Below, one piece after another: positions 1-10,317 of a stretch of 64,000 bases of DNA (positions within the stretch are counted from its first letter, which is position 1; the number at the start of each line of letters is the position of its first letter). The DNA is from a virus. Taxonomy: Duplodnaviria > Caudoviricetes. The DNA is taken from IMG/VR virus record IMGVR_UViG_3300023053_000001, positions 1 through 64,000 of that record; one strand, written 5' to 3'. The notes below the pieces were generated by a model. The model saw only the letters and a list, made by a program, of their open reading frames with translations. It was not told where the DNA came from and ran no database searches. The position numbers were made by a program, and so were the translations under genes.

Positions 1-2
1 GC

Positions 3-167
3 ACGATCGTGCGCCAGACCAAGAATGAAGAACAGCTGAGCAAGAAGCCGTGGACGGCTGAGCGCGCTGTTGCCCTGGAGGAAATCCGCAAGGAGAACCT
101 GCAGACCCGTCAGGAAGCTGACTACGTCTCCAACCACTATCGCAACCTGCTCAAGCAGCAGGGCTAA
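3..167 (+). CDS. 3' end of a hypothetical protein (truncated by window start)
   Basis: Open frame from position 3 (TIVRQTKNEEQLSKKPW...LKQQG) to TAA 165-167, strong GC3 bias, next gene follows after AAGGA RBS. Confidence 0.8.
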   Translation, partial: TIVRQTKNEEQLSKKPWTAERAVALEEIRKENLQTRQEADYVSNHYRNLLKQQG

Positions 168-175
168 GGAAACCC

Positions 176-469
176 ATGAACGCCATCGTCCTGTTCTTCG
201 TCCGCCTGCTCTGCCGCACCCACAACGCGGTCCACAACCAGCCGGCCCTTCAGACCCTGCGTCGTCAGCTGAACGACATCGAAGCACGGCTGCAACATCA
301 GCTGGGTCTGCGTTACGGTGTCTACAGCATCGCCGATTCGGCTACTCGCAATCGGCGTCTGGATGAGATCGCCGATACCATCCGCACCCTGCGCGAGAAC
401 CGTGAAGTGCTGCGTCGCCAGCTCGGTGACGCCTGCCACGACATCAAGGCCTCCTGCTGCGCAGCCTGA
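176..469 (+). CDS. hypothetical protein, 97 aa
   Basis: AAGGA RBS, GC3-biased codons, followed by terminator hairpin. Confidence 0.8.
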   Translation: MNAIVLFFVRLLCRTHNAVHNQPALQTLRRQLNDIEARLQHQLGLRYGVYSIADSATRNRRLDEIADTIRTLRENREVLRRQLGDACHDIKASCCAA

Positions 470-479
470 CGGCATACAG

Positions 480-525
480 ACCAGCACCCTCACGGGTGCT
501 GGTCTGCTGCTTTCTTTTTTTTTCC
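480..525. terminator. intrinsic terminator between convergent genes
   Basis: ACCAGCACCC-TCAC-GGGTGCTGGT hairpin followed by a long T tract. Confidence 0.75.
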
Positions 526-527
526 GT

Positions 528-3437
528 TTAGTCGGTATGCTGGTAGTAGGTGAAATTGATGTCGTCCTTGGCACCAATCGTACCGTCGGCCAATGCCACA
601 GCCACACGACGCACCTGCAGTCGCGCCGAGTCATCCAGCAAGGTAACCGTCGGCTGTGCCGAGCTACCCATGCCGCCCAGACCGTCAACCGTGACGGAGA
701 TGATGTCCGTACCGGCCGCCGCAGTGAGCTGCGAGATGATAGCGTTGAGCGTGACGGTGGACTGACTGAGCACCGATGCCACGGTACGACCAGCCAGATC
801 TTCCAGCGTCTGACGCAACGCCGCATCGCGATAAGCCGCTGCGGTGAGGTAGAAGGCGATGTTGAACGTCTGCCCTGCCTTGATCGACGTCTGCTGACCT
901 TCGCGAACGATAGCCTGCACCTGACCCAACGTGGACTTGGGATAGAAGAACAGGGAAGTCTCTTCCAGCAAGTAGCGGGTGAGGTACTCGATGTCTTCCT
1001 TCAGCCAGCTCACGATGGTACGCGGTACTTCGTCGCGATATGCCAACGTGGTTTCGTCCGTAGCAAACCAGTACACACCGTCCATGAAGAACATGTCCAT
1101 CTGACGCTTCAGCGTACGGGTGGAGCGAACGATGGGCTGCTGGGTGACCGGGTCGGCCTTGACCGTTCCCTTGAGGAACTTGATCATGACGTTACCGTCG
1201 TCGTCACGCTTGACATCACCCTTGGCGTACAGCACCGTGGGGACCAGCTTGCCCTGTGCGTCGGTGGTGAAAATGATCGCACCGGTCGCATCGCGCTTGA
1301 GCACGGTCTCTTCCCAGACTTCCGGCACGTCCACTTCCCAACGCTCGTAGTCTTCCGAAGAAGCCACGGTACGCGAAGAAGCCCACATGCCTTCCATCGA
1401 GTCGCCCAGCTTGACGCGCAGGGTTTCACGGGTAATGCCGATCGCATCGGCCGGTACCAGCGAACGACCCACGGCCGTATCGATGTTCGATGCCTGCAGT
1501 TCATCACCGACCAGACCGGCCGCCAGATACACCAGATCGAAATCGGTGATCAGCGGAGTGGGATGCGGCCGCGCTTCGTCGGCGTACATCTGGAAACTGG
1601 TCAAGTTGATGTTGTGCTCAGAATCGATGTCGTAATCGGTCGTGATGCGGAACAGGTACGTGCGCTCATCGGCGAAGGTGCCGAGCAACTCACCGTTCAT
1701 GTACGCGCGATCGCGCTGACCGTCCGGGACGTAGGACAGCTGCACGAAGACATCCTCATCGTCCAGCGCCTTCCAGTTGTCCGAGGAGGACAGCACCACC
1801 GTCAGCTCATAGCCGGTCGGTACGCGTTCGATGGAGTACATCGCCGCGGTGACCTGCATGGCCGTGGTCTCGTTCTCCTCCACAAACGACTTGGAGGTGA
1901 TTTCCACATTCTCCAAGTAGTAGGGGCGATGCTCGAAACGGTTGTTGGTACGGTCCAGCACGTAATGGAACGGGCTGTACAGGTACTGGGAGGTGTTGAT
2001 GCGACGGGCCTGTACGTCGATGGGCAGTGCCTTGATGGATGCTGCCACCGACTCGTGCACGATCTCCACCAGACCCGAGGACATTTCATACAGCGTGTCG
2101 GGCAAGATGGTGATGCGATCGCCGTTGTCACGCACGGTGGAATGTGCCGTCAGCAGCGACATCGAGGTGGTCAGCATCTGAATGCTGCAACCGGCGGCCG
2201 TGGCCGAGGTACCGTCGGTGGGCGGGGGCAGAGCACGCGTCGCCTTGAACTGGCGATTGGTGACATTGTCCACGTTGAGCACCGCACCGTAGCCCAGACG
2301 GCTCAGGCGATTGGACAGCTGCACGTTGGTGATCGGAATCACCTGATTGCCCAGGCTGTTGTCGATCACTCGGTTGCGCAGTTCCTCGAAGGTCAGCTGA
2401 TAGGCACCGCCCACCACCTTGGAGGTGGCCATGAAACTGCGGTACTGCATCGAGCCCATCGGCTGCCAATACTTGGTCGGGTCAATCCCGTCCAGATCGG
2501 CGTACACCGCAGTGAAGTCAGCCGGGGTGAATTCACCCAGATCCATTTCCACCGGTCCCTTGGTGGTGTAGATGTCCAGACGGAACTCGCCGCTGACCAG
2601 ACCACTGGAGGTGTAGATATAGGGCACGCGCATCTGCAGCTGGTTATCCACCAGCTTGAACAGCGCTGTCGGGGTGAGCGGATCGAAGACCTGATCCGAA
2701 TGGGTGGTCACCATTTCCTTCCAGCGGTTCTGCGCATCCTTGTAATAGGCGCGCGCATGGAAGAAGCCGTCGGTGTAGGTCTGCTGCATGGTGAACTCAG
2801 CAGAGTTGTTCGCCGTACCCACGCGGGTATTGATCTCGAACTGCAACATCGGAATGTGCACGGCAACGACTTCAACACCTTGGGCATTGAAGGTTTCCCA
2901 CGCCACCTGATTGGTGTCCAGCACCTGCACGGGCGAAGGATAGGTGTTGTCGTAGACGATCTGGATGCGACCATGGGAAAGTACCCGGATGTCGATGGGG
3001 TACTGCATGGTGAAGGTCAGGCCGTTGACCTTGACGTTGGTATGGCGCGGAATGGTGATCTTGCGCACACCCGACACGTCGGTCTGCACGGCCATCGCCT
3101 TCAGCTCTTCCATACCGAACAGGAAGGTCAGCGTGGCTTTGGCCGGCGAAGCGAAGCGATCGATGTAGTCCTTATCGGACATGTGGCGATACAGGTCATC
3201 GGAAGTCTGTGCCAACGTGGGGTACAGTTTGCGCACCGTGCCGTCCATGGACTGCATGCAGGCTGCACCCATGATGGCCATGGCTTCAAAAGCCTGCACA
3301 GCCGGGTTGGTGGCATTACCGATGTCCAGTTTGCCATCGTAAGCATCTTCGACTGCCCGCAGTGCCAAGCGCATGATGGAATGCGGATTGGTACGAACGG
3401 CATCGAGTTGGGCAAGCCAGTCAGTTGAGGTGACCAT
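528..3437 (-). CDS. phiKZ-family virion structural protein, probable baseplate wedge-like, 969 aa
   Basis: Long ORF with coding bias; N-terminus NPxxIMRLAL...NATNPAV and overall layout recalled from phiKZ-like baseplate proteins; in structural cluster. Confidence 0.65.
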   Translation of the reverse strand: MVTSTDWLAQLDAVRTNPHSIMRLALRAVEDAYDGKLDIGNATNPAVQAFEAMAIMGAACMQSMDGTVRKLYPTLAQTSDDLYRHMSDKDYIDRFASPAKATLTFLFGMEELKAMAVQTDVSGVRKITIPRHTNVKVNGLTFTMQYPIDIRVLSHGRIQIVYDNTYPSPVQVLDTNQVAWETFNAQGVEVVAVHIPMLQFEINTRVGTANNSAEFTMQQTYTDGFFHARAYYKDAQNRWKEMVTTHSDQVFDPLTPTALFKLVDNQLQMRVPYIYTSSGLVSGEFRLDIYTTKGPVEMDLGEFTPADFTAVYADLDGIDPTKYWQPMGSMQYRSFMATSKVVGGAYQLTFEELRNRVIDNSLGNQVIPITNVQLSNRLSRLGYGAVLNVDNVTNRQFKATRALPPPTDGTSATAAGCSIQMLTTSMSLLTAHSTVRDNGDRITILPDTLYEMSSGLVEIVHESVAASIKALPIDVQARRINTSQYLYSPFHYVLDRTNNRFEHRPYYLENVEITSKSFVEENETTAMQVTAAMYSIERVPTGYELTVVLSSSDNWKALDDEDVFVQLSYVPDGQRDRAYMNGELLGTFADERTYLFRITTDYDIDSEHNINLTSFQMYADEARPHPTPLITDFDLVYLAAGLVGDELQASNIDTAVGRSLVPADAIGITRETLRVKLGDSMEGMWASSRTVASSEDYERWEVDVPEVWEETVLKRDATGAIIFTTDAQGKLVPTVLYAKGDVKRDDDGNVMIKFLKGTVKADPVTQQPIVRSTRTLKRQMDMFFMDGVYWFATDETTLAYRDEVPRTIVSWLKEDIEYLTRYLLEETSLFFYPKSTLGQVQAIVREGQQTSIKAGQTFNIAFYLTAAAYRDAALRQTLEDLAGRTVASVLSQSTVTLNAIISQLTAAAGTDIISVTVDGLGGMGSSAQPTVTLLDDSARLQVRRVAVALADGTIGAKDDINFTYYQHTD

Positions 3438-3458
3438 GGGCGTCGTTTCTCTCTATGG

Positions 3459-4550
3459 TTAATTGTCACCGAACATGAAGATCGAGTCCGCTGCCGGCAC
3501 CCACCACTGCAGTTCGAACGTGTAAGGATCGACGCGGGGGTAGCCGTAGTAGTTCATCGAACTCAATTGGTCATAGCGGAGCAAGCGCATCACGCGCTCA
3601 CGCCGACCATCTACCATGTCCGGATTGAAGTGGGCCACGATCTGATTGAACTCGTAGAAGAGGATCGGATCTTGGTACTCTGCACCAACGCAGTGCAGCG
3701 ACGTTGCGATCTGCTCCTGATTGTCCTTGTGGTAGTAGGAGTCAGAGGAGAAGTTGAACGCGTTACCCAGAGCCGGGCTCAGGGGGAACATGATCGTCGC
3801 CGCCACCTTGGTGACGAAACGGCGCGAAGGGTCCAACAGGAAACGATAGACACGACTTTGATAGTCGATCTCCTGTTCGATGATGGCCTCCGGATAGGGG
3901 ACCATCACACCGGCCTTGACATTCAGACCGTACTGCACCCACGCCTGCAGCAGTGATGTTATAGGGTCGCCGGCGATATTTCGCCACGAGGCCGACAGAT
4001 CGAAGGTGCCGCGCATACGGCGCGGGCCGTCAATCATCGACCATTGCTCGCGCTGCACACCCGGTGTCGAATCGAAGTATTCAGCCACGGGATCTGGCCA
4101 ACCACTCAGGTTCAACAGGAAGTTGCTCAGCACCGGGATGAAGGCACAGCGATTGTCAAACAGCGCCGAGTCATAGCCGCTGGAATCATCCTCGCTACTG
4201 TGCTCCTTGGCAGTGTAATCGCCTCGTGCCCCCTTGGGGTCCAGCGCTGCGCGAATCATTCGCTGGTAGCTGAAACGATCCCTACTAACAAGCATCGTCA
4301 TCGTGCGGTCCTGCGACACGTTATCGTATGCAAGATTCAAGCGCGGGCGCGTGAAAAACGTCAGGCCGCCAACGTCAGAGTTCACCGGTACGGCGATACC
4401 GGAGCCTCGATGATTGAAGCCCATGAGCGTATTGGTGAGGGCCTGAGTCAAGGCACCATTACCAGTCGACCGGACGGCCAAGTCGATGTTGGTCTTGATC
4501 ATGCGCTCGTCTGGCGTCAACGCCATGAGCTGTTTAAATTTCGTATCCAT
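3459..4550 (-). CDS. phiKZ-family tail tube/tube-initiator-like virion protein, 363 aa
   Basis: GFNHRG...GLTFFTRPRLNL motif recalled from phiKZ-like tail proteins; co-oriented with the baseplate-like gene. Confidence 0.6.
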   Translation of the reverse strand: MDTKFKQLMALTPDERMIKTNIDLAVRSTGNGALTQALTNTLMGFNHRGSGIAVPVNSDVGGLTFFTRPRLNLAYDNVSQDRTMTMLVSRDRFSYQRMIRAALDPKGARGDYTAKEHSSEDDSSGYDSALFDNRCAFIPVLSNFLLNLSGWPDPVAEYFDSTPGVQREQWSMIDGPRRMRGTFDLSASWRNIAGDPITSLLQAWVQYGLNVKAGVMVPYPEAIIEQEIDYQSRVYRFLLDPSRRFVTKVAATIMFPLSPALGNAFNFSSDSYYHKDNQEQIATSLHCVGAEYQDPILFYEFNQIVAHFNPDMVDGRRERVMRLLRYDQLSSMNYYGYPRVDPYTFELQWWVPAADSIFMFGDN

Positions 4551-4573
4551 TTTTCTACCTTGAGGATTTACCC

Positions 4574-5815
4574 ATGGGACCGCTCAACACCTCGACGGGT
4601 TTCATCCCGTCGCTGATGTCGCTCATGTCGTCGTCTCTGCTGAAGAACCTGTCGTCGTCGAACAAGAAGATGGTCGGTGATCGTCTTCAGGAAAACAACG
4701 GCCGCCTCTTCCCCGTCGACAATCTGGCCAAGCTCACCCAGAGCACGCGCGTTGAACCGATCGCCATGGTCGACCAGCGCCTGGCTGGTCTGGAAGCGAC
4801 CACACAGAGCCTGCTGGCCCTGTCGGCGCTGTTCACGGCATATTACCTGCAGGCTGTCGCGCTGCTGGTGAATGTCGGTCGCGTCAACACGATGCGTCTG
4901 CTCGATTCGATCAACCCGAATCGTGACGTCACCTCCGCGGCCGGTACTTACCTGGCCAACCAGATCATGTCTTCCGAGTCCTACCGGTACGGCCTGCCGT
5001 ACGCGGACACTGCTGTGCCGTCCTTCGAGGACGCCACGGACCTGAACGCTCGCCTGAACAAGCTGGAAGAGCGCGCCGGTCGGCAGGAGAAGGACCCGTC
5101 CAAGGGCACCGGTATGAAGATCGACGCCGGCATGCAGAAGGACATCATCAATGAAACGGCCAGCCTGTCGGTGGGCCGTCTGGTGAACGTCACCATCCGC
5201 AGCGCCACCAAGGACGGCAAGGACGAAGAAGCGACGATTCCGATCATGATTCGCCTGATGGTGAACCTGATGGCTCCGTCCATTCTGACTCATATCCTTG
5301 GGGACAACAGCAGCAACACGTCGGCCAAGGAAATGTTCCACACCTGGCGTGCCAAGGGCGGCGGCTTTGCCAACTTCTGGCGTGACATCATCTTCGCGCA
5401 GGATCTGATCGACGAACACCGCAAGACCCTGATGAAGGACGGTAGTGGCGTTTACGAAGACATCCTGTCGCGCAACCGCGGCAACAAGTACACCAGCGCG
5501 CTGACCCAGGTGCCTTCGCTGAACAACGCCGCCAACCTGGTGGTGATCTCGGCGCAGACCGCGCGTGATCTGGAAACGAAGATCGGCGGCAAGCTGGACG
5601 ATTACGCTGTTCGTCAGCGGGTGTTCAAGAGCAGCTACCTGCTGTTCCTGGTCGTGGTCGATACCGAGTGGGATCGCGTGACCTTCTACACCCGCGACAT
5701 CAAGACCCCGAACCGGCTGTCGGTCAAGGAACTGAAGGTCTCCAACAAGGGCACTGGCCCGGACGTGGAGCAGATCCTGAAGGCGTACCAGCTGGGCAAC
5801 GCCCCGACCATCTAA
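4574..5815 (+). CDS. conserved phiKZ-like virion (head) protein, 413 aa
   Basis: GAGGA RBS, high GC3, candidate processing sites SSESY and PSFED, position at start of head-gene array. Confidence 0.6.
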   Translation: MGPLNTSTGFIPSLMSLMSSSLLKNLSSSNKKMVGDRLQENNGRLFPVDNLAKLTQSTRVEPIAMVDQRLAGLEATTQSLLALSALFTAYYLQAVALLVNVGRVNTMRLLDSINPNRDVTSAAGTYLANQIMSSESYRYGLPYADTAVPSFEDATDLNARLNKLEERAGRQEKDPSKGTGMKIDAGMQKDIINETASLSVGRLVNVTIRSATKDGKDEEATIPIMIRLMVNLMAPSILTHILGDNSSNTSAKEMFHTWRAKGGGFANFWRDIIFAQDLIDEHRKTLMKDGSGVYEDILSRNRGNKYTSALTQVPSLNNAANLVVISAQTARDLETKIGGKLDDYAVRQRVFKSSYLLFLVVVDTEWDRVTFYTRDIKTPNRLSVKELKVSNKGTGPDVEQILKAYQLGNAPTI

Positions 5816-5830
5816 CCGGAGAAACTCCCC

Positions 5831-6724
5831 ATGGAACTCAAGGATTTCCTCGAGACGATCACGCCGAACTTCGAACGTTCGCGCATGATCGAAGACATCG
5901 AGATGCAGCTCGAGATCATCGACACCTCGGTGCTGCCGACGCTGAAGACGCTGGAGCGGGTCATGTCCGGTCAGGCGTTCAAGTCCAAGGCTGCTGAAGA
6001 TCTGCACGGCATCATCGGTGCCAAGGTCACCGTGCTGCGTTCGCGCAGCCTGACCCAGCAGCTGACGGCCATCGCCAACACCCTGTCGGACAACCTGGAA
6101 TACATGGAAAAGCAGGCGCCGGTGATGTTCGCCAAGGACGTCACCCGTGAAACGATCACCTATCGTAAGGGTGCGTTCCTGCAGCTGCTGGCCCTGAGTC
6201 GCTTCGCCGGCGACTACATGGTCCGCGTGCTCAACTACGTGCTGGAATCGGAAATCGCCGTTCGCACCAAGGGTGATGCCACCGCACGTTACGCCAAGCC
6301 GGAACTGGAAGCGCTGGCTCAGCAGCTGGTGCCGTTCGCCGAAACCGTGGCCACGCTGTACGTGCCCCGTCAGGAGTTCGTGCACAAGCTGGACAGCATC
6401 CCGGAAATCACCTTCGACCCGGCCCGCATGGGCGTGGTCAGCCAGACCGTCGGCGCCGGCAAGCTGTCGCCGTTCCGCACCAACGTGCTGGCCACTCGCT
6501 TCAACCCGATCTACAAGGCGCGCATGATGATCGCCGAGTGGCAGGTGAAGAAGTACAAGGCCAAGAAGGAAGAGCAGCGTGCGCTGGAACTGCGCTGTCT
6601 GGCCCTGAAGGAAGCCATCGAAGGCAAGCAGGACCCGGCTCTGCAGCAGCAGCTGGATTACACCTCGGGCCGTCTGCAGTCCCTCAACTACGAGCTGCAG
6701 CGGCTCGAAGAACGCTACTCCTAA
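5831..6724 (+). CDS. conserved phiKZ-like virion protein with C-terminal coiled coil, 297 aa
   Basis: GGAGA RBS, very high GC3, synteny with head genes. Confidence 0.6.
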   Translation: MELKDFLETITPNFERSRMIEDIEMQLEIIDTSVLPTLKTLERVMSGQAFKSKAAEDLHGIIGAKVTVLRSRSLTQQLTAIANTLSDNLEYMEKQAPVMFAKDVTRETITYRKGAFLQLLALSRFAGDYMVRVLNYVLESEIAVRTKGDATARYAKPELEALAQQLVPFAETVATLYVPRQEFVHKLDSIPEITFDPARMGVVSQTVGAGKLSPFRTNVLATRFNPIYKARMMIAEWQVKKYKAKKEEQRALELRCLALKEAIEGKQDPALQQQLDYTSGRLQSLNYELQRLEERYS

Positions 6725-6743
6725 GTAGCGCCGGAGAAGCCAG

Positions 6744-7253
6744 ATGACCCAGATCACCGTGTACCCGCGTCTGTACACGTCGCGCTCTGCCGGAGCGGAC
6801 CAGCTGGTCCACTCCAGTGGCGACGATAGTGTTCAGACATTGTATGAGCTGCACCAAGCGATTGCGACGAATACCACCTCGTGGAATTTCCGTCGCATGG
6901 TCCTGGAGTGCGCCATCCGTTTGTTCGGCGATTTCGCCACCTGGTTGGAAGACCAGCGTCGTAATCCCTACATCACTGGCTATGCTGAGCAGTTCCTCAA
7001 CGACACCATCGATTACATCCACGGCGGTAGCCGCACGATGTCGGTAGTGACGTGGTCGGATCTGATCAGCTCTGCCGGTTCGGTGGGGAAAGTTGCCAAC
7101 ATCGCGTCGTTGAATCCGGCCCAGACGCTTCTGGGTCGTGGTGAAACCACCGCGCATGTCTTGCAGCAGTGGTGTGCACGTCAGGGCGGTGTCGAAGACC
7201 TGCTTCAAACGCTGCAGCTTCTCTTTGGTCGTGGCCGACGTACGGCGGCCTAA
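6744..7253 (+). CDS. conserved phiKZ-like hypothetical/virion protein, 169 aa
   Basis: GGAGAAG RBS; SWNFRRxVL...LFGDFxxWLExQ motif recalled from phiKZ-like phages. Confidence 0.6.
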   Translation: MTQITVYPRLYTSRSAGADQLVHSSGDDSVQTLYELHQAIATNTTSWNFRRMVLECAIRLFGDFATWLEDQRRNPYITGYAEQFLNDTIDYIHGGSRTMSVVTWSDLISSAGSVGKVANIASLNPAQTLLGRGETTAHVLQQWCARQGGVEDLLQTLQLLFGRGRRTAA

Positions 7254-7300
7254 GCCTTTTCCAACGCAACATCCCTTTTAGCTAGAAGGAAATCTTCACC

Positions 7301-8659
7301 ATGTCCACCCGTAATCGCATCCTGGCCGCTCTGTCCAACGAGAGCCTGCAGGAAGATCCGAACGCCGCTGCTGCCGCCGCTGGCGGTGAAACCACCGCCG
7401 TTGAAGCCCCCATCGAAGCGCCGGCCGAAGTCGAGCAGCCGCTGATGGAAGTGGCCGAAGCCGAAGGCGAAGCCGACCAGGCTCTGGCCGCCGCTGACGA
7501 AGCCACCGAAGTGGTCGAAGCGCTGGAAAGCCTGCAGGACCTGCTGGAAGGTCACCAGGAAGACGGCCTGAACCCGCAGGCTGCCGAGATCGCCCAGTTC
7601 GCCGTCGAACAGCTGTACAAGCGCGTCGGCCTGAGCAATGGCCACGGCCTGCCGTCGCTGGAATCCTTCAGCGGCCACAGCAACCGCGTGCGCGCCACGC
7701 AGCTGTCGCAGGAAGCCATCGGCCAGAAGATCAAGGAATTCTGGGCGGCCATCGTCCAGATGCTGATCAAGGCCAAGGAAGCCGTGTTCAACTTCATCAA
7801 GAAGATCTTCGACGCGCACTACCGCGTGTCCGAGCGCGCCAAGTCGCTGGCCGGCAAGGTCGACGGTCTGACCGGCACCCCGAAGGACGGCGAAATCGAT
7901 CTGGGCAGCCTCGCCCAGAAGGTCGCCATCGGTGACAAGGTCGCCACCCCGCTGCACAGCGCGATCACCGCCGTGCAGGACGTGCTGAAGGACGTGCTGT
8001 CCTTCGGTGAAGCCGAAACCAAGAGCCTGACCGAAAGCTACGAAGCCGTCAAGGCGGCAGTCGAAGGCGGCAGCGCCGGCGATTCCAAGGTGTACGGTGG
8101 CTTCGAACTGGCGGCCTCCAAGGCCTTCAAGAATGCCGTCAACGGCCGTGAAGGCGTGAAGGCAACCGACGTCCTGCCGGGCAACGTCAAGTTCTTCCTG
8201 GGCACCGAGAAGTCCAAGCTGGGCAACCTGCTGGTCAACTACGCGGTGAGCGGCAAGATCAAGGACAGCGCCAAGGCCGGCAACACCAAGATCAAGGTGC
8301 TGTCGAAGGAAGAAATCAAGCAGGCCATCTCGGCCATCGAACTGCTGCTGCAGCAGGCCAAGGCCGTCTCCGACGCCGCTTCGAAGGAAGTGGAACGTTC
8401 GAAGAAGACCTTCGCCAGCATCAAGGTCGGCGACGAAGCCAAGATCAAGGACCAGGTCGTCCTGCGTTCGCTGATGCGCGCCTTCCAGAAGCAGGAAGCC
8501 GAGCAGGGCAAGGCCGCTGGCCGCGTTGCCTCCTACGCCGTGGAACTGAGCAACGACGTGCTGAACGTCCTGCAGAAGTGCATGGTGGCCTACGACCGCG
8601 GCAACGCGGACGCCGGCGCCAAGCAGATCGGCCAGGACAAGAAGGAAGACAAGAAGTAA
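7301..8659 (+). CDS. internal head (inner body/ejection) protein, phiKZ_IP-like paralog 1
   Basis: Acidic Ala/Glu propeptide with SNESLQE, ALESLQ, PSLES and SQE motifs, then amphipathic helix AIGQKIKEFWAAIVQML; extreme GC3. Confidence 0.8.
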   Translation: MSTRNRILAALSNESLQEDPNAAAAAAGGETTAVEAPIEAPAEVEQPLMEVAEAEGEADQALAAADEATEVVEALESLQDLLEGHQEDGLNPQAAEIAQFAVEQLYKRVGLSNGHGLPSLESFSGHSNRVRATQLSQEAIGQKIKEFWAAIVQMLIKAKEAVFNFIKKIFDAHYRVSERAKSLAGKVDGLTGTPKDGEIDLGSLAQKVAIGDKVATPLHSAITAVQDVLKDVLSFGEAETKSLTESYEAVKAAVEGGSAGDSKVYGGFELAASKAFKNAVNGREGVKATDVLPGNVKFFLGTEKSKLGNLLVNYAVSGKIKDSAKAGNTKIKVLSKEEIKQAISAIELLLQQAKAVSDAASKEVERSKKTFASIKVGDEAKIKDQVVLRSLMRAFQKQEAEQGKAAGRVASYAVELSNDVLNVLQKCMVAYDRGNADAGAKQIGQDKKEDKK

Positions 8660-8706
8660 TTCTTGTCGCGCCTGGGCCTGAGGTCCTCTCCTAGGAGAGG
8701 CCTCTA

Positions 8707-8747
8707 GCATACTCCCTCCCCGGTTTCGGCCGGGGAGGGTTTTATGC
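8707..8747. terminator. CATA-hairpin-TTTATG intergenic element (representative)
   Basis: GCATA..CCCTCCCCGG/CCGGGGAGGG..TTTATGC; related elements at 10211, 14966, 15755, 23132, 26859, 27819, 33389, 39850, 45538 and 49313. Confidence 0.75.
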
Positions 8748-8810
8748 TGCCATCTTATGACTCGCCAGTCTCGCGCTGCGATGTATCAACCACATTACAG
8801 GACAGTTCCC

Positions 8811-10205
8811 ATGTCGAATCTCAAAGCACATTTCGGTCTGGCGGTCGAATCCGCTGCCGAAGCAGCCGCCGCTGTTTCCGAAGTGGCCACCATGCCGGTG
8901 ACCTCCGCTGAACTGGTGACCCCCGAAGACGGTCCCATTGCCGAAGCCAATGCTGAAGTGGCTGCTGAAGTCGAGGCCGCTGGCGGTCTGGAAGAAGCCA
9001 CCGTTGCACTGGAACAGCTGCATGCCATCCTCTCCGAAGCGCTGGATGACGGCGGTATGTCCCGCCAGACCGCGCGCGTGACGCAGGTCGCCGTGGACAT
9101 GGCGCATCGCCGCATGGGCCTGAGCCCGCGTGCCCTGACCTTCGAGAACGACATGCCGCCCATGGCCCGCACGCGCCTGACCATGGAAAGCATCAGCGAA
9201 TCCATGAAGGCCGCATGGGATGGCTTCATCGCCTTCTGCCTGCGCATCTGGGCCGCAATCAAGAACGTCTACCTGAACCTGACCAGCAAGGCACGTCGTC
9301 TGCGCCAGCAGGCTACCAAGCTGAGCGAACTGGCCAAGGCCATCGCACCGGGTACCAAGGCCACCGCTCGCGAAGTCGAGCTGGGTGAACTGGCCAAGTG
9401 GATGTACTTCAACGACACCAAGGCCGCCGGTCCGGTGGATTGGCTGGAGACCACCAACGCTTCGGTGCGCGATGGCGTGGACAACGTCCTGAAGACCGCA
9501 ACCGATGCCGTGGACGGCCTGGTCAAGACCCTGGGTTCGATCGATGCCAGCGACCGCGGCAGTCTGAGCTTCACCGTCAAGATGCTCGGCGCTCAGCCGG
9601 CCGGCTACATGACGGCCGTGGGCTCGCCGCAGGGTGAAGGCGTCACCGCCCGTCAGCAGTACATCGCAGGCGTCATGCCCGGCGGTCTGAACCTGGTCGC
9701 CAACCTGCCGGCTCCCAACGCGTTCACTGCCTACGAAAGCGCGCCGGAAGATCAGCGCGTACAGGCCGTGGGTCGTGACCACTACGTCCTGCAGCCTTCG
9801 GAAAAGCAACCGACCGTGGAAAAGGTCTACGTGCTGGAAACGGTCAAGCTGGAAGAGCTGGCTTCTTACATCGCCGTGATGTGCGGTGACTACGAAAGCT
9901 ACATGGGCAAGATCGCCGATTTCGAAAAGCATCTGTCCCAGAAGCTGAACACCCTGCGCAGTGCCATGGGCAAGATCCAGAACACCGTCAACGTCGGCCA
10001 CGGCGAAGCGGGTAAGTGGAATCGTGTCCTGGCCGCCACCCAGCGTGTGCAGTCCTCGCGCTTTGCTCAGCTCACCACGATGGGCGAGTACAACCTGCGT
10101 GCCGGTAGTGCCTACCTGCATGTGGTCAGCAAGATGCTGGGTCTGTACGCCACGGCAACGCCGGCTGCTGCTCCGGCAGCTGCGCCGGCTCCGGCCGCAG
10201 CCTGA
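8811..10205 (+). CDS. internal head protein paralog 2
   Basis: CAGGA RBS; AVES and TMES sites then SISESMKAAWDGFIAF helix; ends in AAAPAAAPAPAAA. Confidence 0.78.
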   Translation: MSNLKAHFGLAVESAAEAAAAVSEVATMPVTSAELVTPEDGPIAEANAEVAAEVEAAGGLEEATVALEQLHAILSEALDDGGMSRQTARVTQVAVDMAHRRMGLSPRALTFENDMPPMARTRLTMESISESMKAAWDGFIAFCLRIWAAIKNVYLNLTSKARRLRQQATKLSELAKAIAPGTKATAREVELGELAKWMYFNDTKAAGPVDWLETTNASVRDGVDNVLKTATDAVDGLVKTLGSIDASDRGSLSFTVKMLGAQPAGYMTAVGSPQGEGVTARQQYIAGVMPGGLNLVANLPAPNAFTAYESAPEDQRVQAVGRDHYVLQPSEKQPTVEKVYVLETVKLEELASYIAVMCGDYESYMGKIADFEKHLSQKLNTLRSAMGKIQNTVNVGHGEAGKWNRVLAATQRVQSSRFAQLTTMGEYNLRAGSAYLHVVSKMLGLYATATPAAAPAAAPAPAAA

Positions 10206-10317
10206 TGTAGGCATAGCCCCACTCCCTAACCGGGGAGTGGGGTTTTATGCTGATCGTATGGCTTTTACTGCTCCATCCTCTAGGGCGTCGGCCCCTTATT
10301 TGCCATTGAGGTAAATC